From the NCBI GenBank assembly GCA_051313645.2, contig JBNRSN020000018.1:35216001-35280000 (forward strand): 64,000 nucleotides of DNA, written 5' to 3'. The notes below the pieces were generated by a model. The model did not search any database. It was not told the DNA's origin and was given only the letters and a program-made list of their open reading frames with translations. The stretch is from Centroscyllium fabricii. Taxonomy: Eukaryota. The position numbers and the translations under genes were made by a program. Within the stretch, counting starts at the first letter, position 1; every line of letters starts with the position of its first letter. Positions 25,850-40,639 of the stretch are shown here, one piece after another.

Positions 25850-26176
25850 CTGTGAAAGGAAACATAATTTAGATTAAATATACACTGCGCGAATAATTAA
25901 ATATACACTGAAAATAGATTGCATTCTAATATTTTTTCTATAAAGGACAACATTTAAGAACACCATTTGATTTTTCGGGCAGAGGGCAATTTATAAAAAA
26001 AAAAGAAAAAAAAAGGGGGGGGTTTCAGTCTCCAGGGGAGAGACTTGACTCCAGGTTACATTTCCCCACCAGCTGGCAAAGAACAGGCTGCCCCCTCTGG
26101 CAAGGGATGGTAGTGCCGCCCCAAGGGCACCGAGAGACCTGTTTTCAAAGTCCGTGTTATGGAACACATTTTAGGC

Positions 26177-26459
26177 CAGCGGGTTTCAAACTTTACTGCA
26201 CGGGGGAACCCTGTACTAATATTAACACACTCCTGGGCAACCCCTGCAAATCCCAGGCACCCCCTACAAATAAGGGCACACTCCCAGGGACCCCCTGTCC
26301 CATCTTCTGTAGGACGACGTCAGCTACCACTGCAGAAAGTGTATTTCATCAGTATAAACACACCAATAAAATTAATAAAGAAATCTGATGACATCAGGGA
26401 CCCAAGATCCACTCACTGACAACTCTGCCCCCCCACCCTCCCCAGTTGGATAACGTATG
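26177..26459. mobile_element. Degraded hAT-type non-autonomous element
   Basis: CAGCGGGTTTCAAACT...AGTTGGATAACGTATG flanked by TTTTAGGC and CTTTAGGC. Confidence 0.5.
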
Positions 26460-26829
26460 CTTTAGGCTATGGAAATCCAGCGAGTTACAGATTAGTATTT
26501 AATCAAGGCGGACAACGTTCTACTGAGGAAGCCGTCGCTGCATTGTTGGAGGTACTGTCTTTCAGATGAGAAACCAGGGCCCTGTCTGCCTGCTCAGGTG
26601 GATGCAAAAGATCTCACGGCACCCGGGCAGTTTTGCCAGTGTCCTGACCAACTTTTCCTCCCGCAACCATCACCAGCAAAGCCAAAATTAACTGGTCGCT
26701 GCTGTTCCCTCCAAGCTGCGCGGCCACACAGTAATGGAAAGGTCCTGCGCAGGCCGCTCACCGGCTTTTCCATTGCAAGTACCGCGCACGCACAGAAACT
26801 TAAAGGGAGCATGCAGTAAAAGAAGCAGG

Positions 26830-29800
26830 GAACGGTAGCATAGTGTTCATGTCACTGGACTAGTAATACAGAGGCCTGGACTAATGATCCGGCAGCCACG
26901 AGTTCAAATCCCACCACGGCAGCTGGGGAATTTAAATTAGGTTAATTAAATAAATCTGAAAGAAAAAGCCAGTATCAGTAATGGTAACCATGAAACTATC
27001 GGATTGTCGTAAAAACCCATCTGGTTCACTGCTGTCCTTAAGGGAAGGAAATCTGCCGTCCTTACCCGGTCTGGCCTATATGTGACTCCAGACTCTTAAC
27101 TGCCCCCTGAAATGGCCTAGCAAGACACTCAGTTGTAACAAATCGCCACAAGAAATAAGAATAAACCGGACGGACCACCCGGCATCAAGCTCAGCGCCGG
27201 CTTTGAACACGACAACAGCACACCCAGCCCAGTCAACCCTGCAAAGTCCTCCTCACTAAGATCTGGGGACTTGTGCCAAAATTGTGAGCTGTCCTACAGG
27301 CTAGTCAAGCAACAGCCTGACATAGCCATACTCACAGAATCGTACCTTTCAGCCAATGTCCCAGACTCCTCCATTGCCATCCCTGGGTACGTCCTGTCCA
27401 ACCGGCAGGACAGACCCACCAGGGGTGGCAGCACAGTGGTATACAGCCGGGAGGGAGTGGTCCTGGGAGTCCTCAACATTGACCCTGGACACGACAAAGT
27501 CTTATGGCATCAGGTCAAACACGGGCACAGAAACCCCCTGCTGATTACCACCTATCGCCCTCCCTCAACTCAGTCTCACCATTCGAGACTCGTCAGATAC
27601 TGACGTAGTCTGTGTCCATATGCAGCAAGACCTGGACAACATTCAGACTTGGGCTGACAAGTGGCAAGTAACATTCGCACCACACAAGTGCCAGGCAATG
27701 GCCATCTCCAACAAGCGAGACTCTAACCATCTCCCCATGACATTCAATGGCATTATCATCGCTGAATCCCCCACTATCAACATCGTGGGGGTTACCATTG
27801 ATCAGAAACTGAACTGGACCAGCCATATAAAAACTGTGGCTACAAGAGCAGGCCAGAGGCTGGGAATTCTGCAGCGAGTGTCTCACCTCCTGACTCGCCA
27901 AAGCCTTTCCACCATCTACAAGGCACAAGTCAGGAGTGTGATGGAAAACTCTCCACTTGCCTGGATGAGTGCAGCTCCAACAACACTCAAGAAGCTCGAC
28001 ACCATTCAGGATAAAGCAGGCCGCTTGATTGGCACTCCATCCACCACCTTCAACATTCACTCCCTCCACCACCGGCGCACTGTGGCTGCAGTGTACACCA
28101 TCTACAAGATGCAGTGCAGCAACTCGCCAAAGCTCCTTCAACAGCACCTTCCAAACCCGCGACCTCTACCATTTAGAAGGACAAGGGCAGCAGACGCATG
28201 GGAACAGCACCACCTACAAGTTCCCCTCCAAGCCACACACCATCCTGACTTGGACCTGTATCGCCGCTCCTTCACTGTCGCTGGGCCAAAATCCTGGAAC
28301 TCCCTTCCTAACAACATTGTGGGTGTACCTACACCATATGGACTGCAGCGGTTCAAGAAGGTGGATCACCACCATCTTCTCAAGGGCAATTAGGGATTGG
28401 CACTAAATGCAGGCCTAGCCAGCCAGCGACGCCCACATCCCATCAATGAATAAAAAAAAAAACCTGATGAATCAGTATTCCTCCATGTTGAACACCACTT
28501 GGATGCAGCATTGAGGGTAGTAAGGGCCCAGAATGTACTCTGGGTGGAGGAACTTCAATGTCCATCACCAAGAGTGGCTTGATAGCACCACTACTGACCA
28601 AGCTTGCCAAGTTCTGAAGGACATAACTGCCAGTTTGGGCCTGCGACAGGTGGTGAGTGAACCAACACAAGGGGAAAACCTACTTGACCTCATCCTCGCC
28701 AATCTGTCGCAGATGCATCTGTCCATGACAGTATTGGTAACAGTGACCACCGCACAGTCCTTGTGGAGACGAAGTCCTGTCTTCACACTGAGGACACCCT
28801 CCATCGTGTTGTGTGGCACTAGCACCATGCTAAATGGGATAGATTCAGAACCGATCTAGCAGCTCAAAACTGGGAATCCATGAGGCGCTGTGGGCCATCA
28901 GCAGCAGCAGAATTGTATTCCACCACAATCTGTAACCACATGGCCCGGCATATCCCTCACTCTACCATTATCAAGCCAAGCGACCAACCCAGGTTCAATG
29001 AGTGTAGTAGAGCACGCCAGGAGTAGCACCAGGCATACCTAAAAATGAGGTGCCAACCTGGGGAAGTTGCAACATGCATGTTTAACAACAGAAGCAGCAT
29101 GCTATAGACAGGGCTAAGCGATCCCACAACCAACGGATCAGATCAAAGCTCTGCAGTCCCGCCACATCCAGTGTTCAATGGTGGTGGACAATTAAACAAC
29201 AGAAGGAGGAGGCTCCGTGAACATCTCCATCCTCGGATAGAGCCCAGCACACGAGTGCAAAAGACAAGTGCCAGGTAACATTCACACCACACACGTGCCA
29301 GGCAATGACCACCTCCAACAAGAGAGCGTCTAACCACCTACCCATGACATTCAACAGCATTACCGTCACCAAATCCCCCAACATCAACATCCTGGGAGTC
29401 ACCATTGACCAGAAACTTAACTGGACCAGCCATATAAGTACTGTGGCTACGAGAGCAGGTCAGAGGCTGGGTATTCTGATGTGAGTGTCTCACCTCCTGA
29501 CTCTCCAAAGCCTTTCCACCATCTACAAGGCACAAGTCAGGAGTGTGATGGAATACTCTCCACTTGCCTGGATGAGTGCAGCTCCAACAACACTCAAGAA
29601 GCTCGACACCATCCAGGACAAAACAGCCCGCTTGATTGGCACCCCATCCACCACCTTAAACATTCACTCCCTCCACCACCAGCGTGCCGTGGCTGCAGTG
29701 TGTACCATCTACAAGATGCACTGCAGCAACTCGCCAAGACTTCTTCGACAGCACCTCCCAAACCCGCAACCTCTACCACCTAGAAGAACAAGGGCAGCAG

Positions 29801-30360
29801 ATGCAGGGGAACACCACCACCTCCAAGTTCCCCTCGGAACTGGACTCAGCTGTGATGCTCTCCATGGCCAAATAGCTGTCTGCGCCGATGAGTCGAGGAC
29901 AGCTACTCGGCCAAGATACCAGAATGCTGCTGCACCCGACGCACCGTATCACAGCAAGAATCAGCACCTGCAGGAGAGATGAGGAGGAGGGAATAGGTGG
30001 CTGCAGTGTGTACTATCCACAGGATGCACTGCAGCAACTCGCAGAGGGTTCTGCGGCAGCACCTCCCAAACCCGCGGCCTCTTCCGCCTAGAAGGACAAG
30101 GGCAGCAGGCGCATGGGAACACCACAACCTCCAAGTTCCCCTCCAAGTCACACACCATCCTGACTCGGAAATATATCATTCCTTCATCATCCTGGGTCAT
30201 AATCCTGGAACTCCCTACCTAACAGCATTGTGGCAGCACCTTCCCCACACTGACAATGTGGTTCAAGGTGGCGGTTCACCACCACCTTGGAGGGCAATTA
30301 GAGAGGGGCAATAATGCTGGCCTTGCCAGCGACGCCCACATCCCATGAACTAATTTTAGA
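26830..30360 (+). mobile_element. CR1-clade LINE, internally deleted, with tRNA-like 5' head
   Basis: A/B-box-like head at ~26835-26915. Endonuclease residues (PDIAILTESYL, RQDRP..GG) from ~27270, resuming at ~28460. RT C-terminus at 29270-30350. Confidence 0.8.
27575..28462 (+). mobile_element. 5'-truncated copy of the same CR1-clade LINE nested in the first
   Basis: 257-aa RT C-terminal ORF (QQDLDNIQTWADKWQVTF...) followed by AATAAA/poly-A. Interrupts the host endonuclease region. Confidence 0.85.
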
Positions 30361-31569
30361 AAAGGCCACGCAGAACAACGCGCAGCTTGCAGGGAACATT
30401 GCTGGTCACTCATCACATTTGCTGTTTGTGGGAGCTTGCTGTGCACAAATTGGCCACTGCGTCTCAAAAATACTTCATCGGCTGTGAGGCATTTTGGGAC
30501 ATCGAGGACACGAAATGAATGCAAGTCTTTCGCTATTACAGCTCTCCCCGGCTGTCAAGTTATACAAAGGGACAAATTGAATTGATGAATACTTTAGCGC
30601 AGAATGACTATTTTGCTTCTTCCTCCATTCAATAACCTGATTAACATAGAAACATAGAAGATAGGAGCAGGAGGCGGCCATTCGGCCCTTCGAGCCTGCT
30701 CTGCCATTCACTGAGATCATGGCTGATCATCCAAACTCAGTACCCTGTCCCTGCCCTCTCCCCATATCCCTATCGAGCCTGCACCGACACATATCCCACC
30801 CTATCCCTGTAACCTCACATATTCAATCGCCCTAACACTAAGGGTCAATTTATCCTGGCCAATCAACCTAACCCGCACATCTTTGGATTGAACAGAAGCA
30901 TTTTATGTGAGACATGTTCCAAGCCAATTAACAGCAACAAGAGCGCCCCCTGGTGGCTAACTTGGTAATTTCACTTCCCAGCTTTGGGCCGACTCGGACA
31001 CAGACCAGGACAATCCCAGGCTTCATCTCCGGTCTATGCTGAATTCGCTGATCTTAGCCGGGTGGCTCTGTAGGGGTGCTGGAAACAGCCTAGGCTTGGA
31101 AGGGGGAACAATCCCGAATGCTATCGAATGACTGCCCCTCTCACCCCACCAGGCAGGTTGGTGTTTCGTAGGACGGGAAAAGCTTATAATGGGATGTCTA
31201 GTTTGGCTATCCATTTGATGGCCTCCTGGAGATGCTGAGTGACACAGAATTCAATCACAATTCGTTATCCAACTGGGAATGGTACCTCAGTGGGCAGATT
31301 GATGTGATGCGTTCCATGGTCTGGGACTCATGACCACAGTCTCACTCAGGCCGGCCGCATTGCCCGTGCCCTGTGCGGATTCGGTGGCGCGCTGTCCACT
31401 GTCAGGTGCATGTGTACTCGTGTCGGGGGAGGACGGGTTCAGGTTTAGCTGCGATGCCTCCCTCCATTCAAATATACCAAAAAACAGACACTGCCCAGCT
31501 CTCGACTGCTGTGCCTGGGGGGTGGTGGCAGTACCCATGGAACTATGCCCGAGGAACAGGAGGGAGACA

Positions 31570-32215
31570 TTCAGCCCCTCAGGACTGTTCCGCCCTCAGT
31601 TAGATCATGACTGACCTGCACCTAAACTCCATTTACCCACCACTGACCCACATTTCTCGACACCCTACCCAACAAAAATCTGACCACCTCAGTCTTGAAA
31701 GCTCCAATTGTCCCCCAGCATCTACAGCCTTTTGGGAGAGAAAATTTCAGATTTCCCCCAACCTTTGTGAAGAAGTGCTTCCTAATTTCACTCCTAAATG
31801 GCTTAGCTCTAATTTTAAGGTTATGCCCCGAAGACATGCAGGTTAGGTGAATTGGAGATACTAAAATTGCCCGTGAGTATGTGTGTGAGATATAGTTCTT
31901 AGAGTTGGGGGTGTCAGGGGGATATGGGTAGGAGGGGGGTGCTGGGTTTGGATGATCAGCCATGATCTCATCAAAATGGCGGAGCAGGCTCGAAGGGCCG
32001 AATGGCCTACTCCTGCTCCGATCTTCTGTGTTTGTTCTGGATTCCCCCACCAGAGGGAATAGTTTCTCTCTACCTACTGCATGCAATCCTTTTATGATTT
32101 TAGACACTGCGATTAGATCACACCTCAACCTTCTATACTCAAGGGAATACAAGACAAATTTATGAAACCGGCCCTCATAATTTAACCCTTTCAGCTGCAA
32201 TATCATTCTGAACCC
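31570..32215 (-). mobile_element. CR1-type LINE 3' fragment split by a V-SINE piece (~31830-32030, +)
   Basis: LYSLEYRRLR..LI...KLFPLVGESRT and GHNLKIRA..FRSEIRKHFF on either side of an HE1-like insert. Confidence 0.75.
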
Positions 32216-32237
32216 TGAACAATGCCAGAGCCTGCGA

Positions 32238-32440
32238 GAGGAGGGGGCAACGGGAGAGAGGAGGAGGGGGAAAACGGGAGAGATTAGGGGGAAAACCGGG
32301 AGAGGGGGAGGGGGGAAAAGGGGAGAGAGAGGAGGGGGGGGGGAACAGGAGAGAGGAGGGGAGAAAACAGGAGAGAGAGGAGGGGGGAAAAGGGGAGAGA
32401 GAAATGAAAAGAAATTTAGGGACGGAGGAAAATTGGGGAA
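32238..32440 (+). repeat. Polypurine (GA-rich) tract
   Basis: About 200 bp almost purely G/A, with G-runs. Confidence 0.85.
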
Positions 32441-32814
32441 GTCCCAAGCAAGCAGCTCACTCGCATCGAGGTGTGAGAAACAGGAGCGTCTTCATGGGGT
32501 TTAAGAAAACCTTCAGTGAATTCAGTATTAAGAAGGGGCACTGGGCTGTGTGGAAATGCAGTGATGTGGCCTTTCTATCCAGGCCATCAATACGTTGCGT
32601 CCAAAGGCCTTGTGTGTGGGGAGGGCAAGTGAACTTTGAGGTCAGCTGAATGTGATGGGCAAATAAGAAAGTCTGGTAAGGAGATTTTTAATTTTTAGGT
32701 GGATTACAAGCAGTCAGCTTTTAGCATACAATGCGAAATAACAAATCAGACACAAAAATACAAATAATCTGTCTTAATCACTAATGATTTAATGAGAAAT
32801 CAAACTGTGTGTTA

Positions 32815-32928
<114 letters not shown>

Positions 32929-33695
32929 TTATTCCAAGTTAGAACATAAATCGAATTCTGTCTTTCAGTTGAGACGTTAAACCGAGGCCCTATCTGTCCT
33001 CTCGGGTGGATGTAAAAGATCCTATGACACTAGTTCAAAGAGGCACAGGGGGGTTCTCCTCGGTATCCTGGTCGATATTTATCCCTCAACCAACACCTAA
33101 CACAGATGATCTGCTCATTATCACATTGCTGTCTGTGGGACCTGGCTGTGCACAAAAGCTCCTACAATAGTGACAACACTTCAAAAGTACTTCAGTGGCT
33201 GTAAAGCGCTTTGGGACATCCAGAGGTCGTGATAGGCACTATATGAATGCACGTCTTTCTATCTAATCTTTGGCAACAGCCGTTTCAATCCTCCGACAAT
33301 CTGGAACAAACAAATTCCGCTGTGGAGGTTGGAGGCTCAGGAGCAGCACGCAGCCTGAGCTATGAAGGTCACGGGTTCAAGTCCCATGCCACAGATTGGA
33401 GCACCGAATCTGGGCTGACACTGCAGTGCTGTACTGAGGGAGCGCCGTTAACCCGAGGGCCCCCGTCTGCCTGTTCAGGTGGATGTAAAAGACCCCATGG
33501 CACCAAGAGCAGCAGCAAGTTCTCCTGGTGTCCACATTGGCCAATCACCGAATTGCTGGTTGTGGGATCTTGCTGTGCATGCATCGACAGCCGTGTTTCT
33601 CTGCACAAAATAAAAAAGAATCCATTGGCTGGGACGTGGACGAGATAATGGAGATGAGAAAGGCGCTATATAAATGCAAATCCATGTTTCTTTCA

Positions 33696-33896
<201 letters not shown>

Positions 33897-34439
33897 TCAG
33901 AGGAAACATTAGCCACAAGTGAATAATCAGCCAGGTTTTAATAACACAAATTAAAGGTAGAGTGGAAAACCATCGATAATAACTGACTACATGCTGGATC
34001 AGGCAGGCCCGGTCATGCCTCTGCGTCAGAAGGCCACGGGTTCAAGTCCACTCCAGGACCCAAGCACATAATCCAGGCTGGCACCTCACTGCAGTACCGA
34101 GGGAGTGCTGCACTGTCGGAGGTGCTGTCTTTCGGATCAGACTTTGAATTAAAACCCTTTCTATACATTCAGGTGGGTGTTAAGATGTTTTTGCCCTAAA
34201 TCAAAACCGGGAGTTCGCCTGATGTCCTGGTCGATATTCCTCCGTCAAAAGCATACTGATTCGTTATTTAACTCACTGCTGCTGGTGGGATCTGGCTGTG
34301 CGCAAAATGGCTGCCGCGTCCGTCTACACAGCAGCAGTTACAACTATGATGTTCTGTGTAAATTCTATGTAAAAGTGTGGTTGGAAACATCGCAGCCCCC
34401 AGTGTCGCTGGTTTACAGGTACCAGCTACAGATAAATAC

Positions 34440-34620
34440 TCAAACAACAACAGAAAATGCTGGAAATATTCAGCAGGCCAGGCAGCATCCGTGGAGAGAG
34501 AAACAGAGTTGACGTTTCGGGTTCTGAACCCTTCATCGGAACTGGAATAAACTGGCCTGCTGAGTATTTCCAGCATTTTCTGTTGTTAGTTCACATTTCC
34601 AGCATCCGCAGTATTTTGCT
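34440..34620 (-). mobile_element. Penelope-type palindromic terminal repeat with a minimal hammerhead-like motif
   Basis: Inverted arms CAGAAAATGCTGGAAATA..CAGCAGGCCAG. Minus strand AGTT-CCGATGA-AGGGTTCAGAACCC-GAAACGTC-AACT. Confidence 0.65.
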
Positions 34621-34637
34621 ATTATACAGATAAATTA

Positions 34638-34928
<291 letters not shown>

Positions 34929-35180
34929 CTACAGACACCAGGAAGCTACTGGGTTTTCAGCCCGGTCTGTGCTGAGTCAGCAGACTCCTGGTTAAGGATA
35001 GAGAATTCAGTCAGGGTTGCAGCCGAGCAGCTGGAAGTGCTCGTGTCAAACAGAATCATACAGCACAGAGGGCGGCCATTTGGCCCATCATGCCTGTGCC
35101 TGCTCTTTGAAAAAGCTATCTGATTTAGTCACACTCACCCTGATCTTTCCCTATAGCGCTGCAAATTATTCCTCTTCAAG

Positions 35181-35187
35181 TACAGTA
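35181..35187. other. Probable DNA-transposon excision footprint (TA-CAG-TA)
   Basis: CAAG-TACAGTA-TTTATCCAATTCC here, versus CAAG-TA[MITE A]TA-TTTATCCAATTCC at 18817-19195. Confidence 0.6.
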
Positions 35188-36716
35188 TTTATCCAATTCC
35201 CTTTTGAAAGGTACGGGGTACTGAGTTTGGATGATCAGCCATGATCTCATCGAATGGCGAAGCAGGCTCGAGGGGCCAAATGGCCTACTCCCGCTCCTAT
35301 CTTCTATGTTTCTAAGTTACTATTGAATCTGCTTCCACTGCCCCTTCAGGCAGTGCGTTCCTGATCAAAGCAACTTACTATAGAATGTTTTCCCCCCCGC
35401 CCCCTCATCTCCCCTCTGGTTCTTTTGCCGATTATCTGAAATCCGAGTCCTCTGGTTACCCACCCACCTGCCAGTGGAGACAGTTTCTCCCCATTTACTC
35501 CCATCAAAACCCTTCATGATTTTGAACACCTCTAATAAATCTCCCCCTTAATCTTCTCTGCTTTGAGGAGAACGACGCCAGCTTCTCTCGCTCCTGGTAT
35601 TCTGGTAAATCTCCACCGCTGTGATGAGGGCGTCGTCAGATACCCACGCCAGTCCAACAGGGTTCAACGGACAGCAAACAGGAGCGGGAACCTGGCTGAC
35701 TTTTCCCCGTCTTAGCCCCAGCCTCAGATGCCGAATGTATAGCATTAATGAAACAAGAGACTAAATTTGAAAATCTTTTCTTTGGTGAAAAACTAATTGC
35801 GGACAACGGATTGAACTGGTGACTTTGTTAATGTACTTGGGTCAGGGGCACATCAACCCACTCACTGAGCGGTCCAAATGGGTGTGCAACAGTGCTGTGT
35901 AGCCTTGGCTCAGGGGTAGCACTCTTGTCTCTGAGACAGAAGGTTGTGGGCTCAAGACCCAATCCAGAGACTGGGAGCACAAAATCCAGGCCAACACTTT
36001 AGTGTCAGGACTGAGGGAGTGCTGCACTGTTGGAGACGTCGCCTTTTGGATCAGACTTTAAATTAAAACCCTCTGCATTCTCGTATGAAATGTAAAAGAT
36101 CCCATGGCACTATTCAAAGAAGAGCAGGGGAGTTCTCCCGGTGTCCTGGCCAACACTTATTTCATTGCGGGTTGCTGTGCGCAAATTAGCTACTACATTT
36201 CTCTACATTGCAACGGTGACGACACTTCAAACATACTTCATTAGCTGTAAAGCGCACTGGGACGCCTGGAGGTTGTGAAAGGTATATAGAAATACAACTT
36301 TTCTTTCTTTAATATCTTCGAATTTACAGCACAGAAACAGGCCATTTGGCCCAACTGGTCTATGCTGGTGTTTAGAGGCTCGTGTGCAGCATACACAGGG
36401 AGCACGAGTACACAATTGGTTAGCCTCAAATTGAAAAGCATCCACAGCCTTGCCCTACCATGTCTTTGCAAACTCCTTCAGTCTTACTCAGTGAATGGGA
36501 TGATGCACATTAGTGAAGTCACCAGTCCAACCACAGCCCCTAAACCCCCACATCCACAAAACACAGCGCGTTTTCTCTCGGTCAGCTCATCAGAAGGAAG
36601 GCCCTTCATTCGGCAGCAGAGGGGGAAACTGTCAGACAAGGTGCCTCCTCTTGCTCAGGTGCATCCACTAGTTACCCAGTTCCAGTAATGAACGGATATA
36701 CTCACAGGGAGACTCA

Positions 36717-36893
<177 letters not shown>

Positions 36894-37252
36894 TTAATGG
36901 GAACCCTGAACATCGATGCAGATGGCTAGTAACTTACTAATCACCGACGTAGCAGGGCTGGAGGCTCCTCACCCACCCCAATTAATTTTTCTCAAATGAT
37001 TGTGTTGATGGGGAACAGAATATTTCCTATTGCATGCACTCAATGGCAGCATCATGCATTCCCAGAGCAGGTACAAAAGCTGGACACAGCATCGAACTCC
37101 CTTTATTCTGTCCAACGTGTCTAAATGACCCCCACCCGTAAGGGTTACGGGGAGCGGGCAGGAACTTGGGCATGAGTCTAAGTTCCGATCGGTCATGGCC
37201 CTGTGGGTAGTGGAGCGGGCCCAGGGACCCTTGTAGCCGGATCCTGCTCCTA

Positions 37253-37790
37253 GGGGCGGCACGGTGGCATAGTGGTTAGCACTGTTGCCTTGCCGCACTA
37301 GAGACCCGGGTTCAAATCCAGCCTCAGGTACTATGTGTGTGGAGGTTGCACATTCTCCCCATGTCTGCGTGGATTTCCTCCGGGTGCTCCGGTTTCCTCC
37401 CACAGTCCAAAGATGTGCGAGTTAGGTGGATTGGCCATGATAAATTGACCCTTAGTGTTAGGGGGATTGAATATGCCTCTCCCAGGTGATCACATTGGTC
37501 TGGGCGGGGTGGAGAGTAAAAATAATTGAGGTTAGGATCAGATCAGCCATGATCTTGTTGAATGGCGGAGCAGGCTCGAGGGGCCGATTGGCCTACTCCT
37601 GCTCCAATTTCTTATGTTCTTATGTTACGGGGATAGGGTGGGATATGTGTCGGTGCAGGCTCGAAAGGGATATGGGGACAAGGCAGGGACGGGGTGCTGG
37701 GTTTGGATGATCAGCCATGATCTCATTGAATGGCGGAGCAAGCTCGAAGAGCCAAATGGCCTACTCCTGCTCCTTGTTTCCATGTTTCTA
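37253..37790 (+). mobile_element. HE1-type V-SINE with nested CR1 tail
   Basis: Same head and V-domain, with an insert at ~37473-37625. Confidence 0.85.
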
Positions 37791-38239
37791 TTTTGTGTGT
37801 CTAATTCTGTTAGATTCAGGAGATGCTTCTGTGATAGTAGATTGGTGGATAGGATCAGATCAGCCATGATCTTATTGAATGGCAGAGCAGGCTCGAGGGG
37901 CCGATTGGCCTACTCCTGCTCCTGTTTCTTATGTTCTTATTTTCTTACCCCAACCCCCCAACCGCACAATTGCGACATTTCCCAACCCAGTCATCCCATG
38001 GCTTCTCGGAATCAGGTTGCCAGTTTAATGCTGCGGACACGTATCTCTGTGGAGCAGCCGAGGAGACTCGCCAAACTCATTATTGAGCCCTCACGCGGAT
38101 GGGGATAGGGAACCTTATTAGTTTGGGCTGCATTGAACACCACATCCGAGTCACATTAACCCACTGCACTACCCCACCTCAGGACTCAGCGAATGACCGG
38201 ATCGGACAAAGTCAACATGGATTTACAAAAGGTAAATCA

Positions 38240-38599
38240 CAGAAACACAGAAGATAGGAGCAGGCCATTCGGCCCTTCAAGCCTGCTCCGCCATTTTGAC
38301 GAGATCATGGCTGATCATCCAAACCCAGCACCCCCCTCCTACCCTCTCCCCATATCCCGTGACACTCCCAACTCTAAGAACTATAGCTCACACACATACT
38401 CATGGGAAATTTTTAGTATTTCCAATTCACCTAACCTGCATGTCTTTGGGGGGTGGGAGGAAACCGGAGTACCCGGAGGAAACCCACACGAACACGGGGA
38501 GAACATGCAAACTCCACGCAGAGGGGTCCCGGGCCAAGTAGGATTCGAACCCAGGAGCTCCTTATTGCGAGGCAGCAGTGCTAACCACTGCGCCACCAT

Positions 38600-38600
<1 letters not shown>
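38240..38600 (-). mobile_element. V-SINE, second subfamily
   Basis: TGGCGCAGTGG A box, GGTTCGAATCC B box, V-domain and CR1 tail. Confidence 0.85.
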
Positions 38601-40306
<1,706 letters not shown>

Positions 40307-40639
40307 TCACCTAGAAGGACAAAGGCAGCAGGCGCATGGAAACACCACCACCTCCAAGTTCCCCTCCAAGTCACACACCATCCGGACTTAGAAGTATATC
40401 GTCAATCTTTCATCGTCGCTGGGTCAAAGTCCTGGAACTCCCTCCCTAACACCACACGGACTGCAGCGGTTCAAGAAGGCAGCTCGCCACCACCTTCTCG
40501 AGGGCAATTAGGGATGGGCAATAAATGCTGGCCTTGCCAGCGACGCCCACATCCCATAAGCAAATTTTAAAAAATTGAGTTCCCTTAGGTCACCACACAA
40601 TTAAATTCTCAAACCCAGCCGCTCCTGTATCACTGCTGC

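Noticed and set aside
27620-28393. Intact or domesticated reverse transcriptase
   Set aside because: It is only the C-terminal part of a 5'-truncated LINE ending in poly-A. No autonomous RT or transposase is present in the window.
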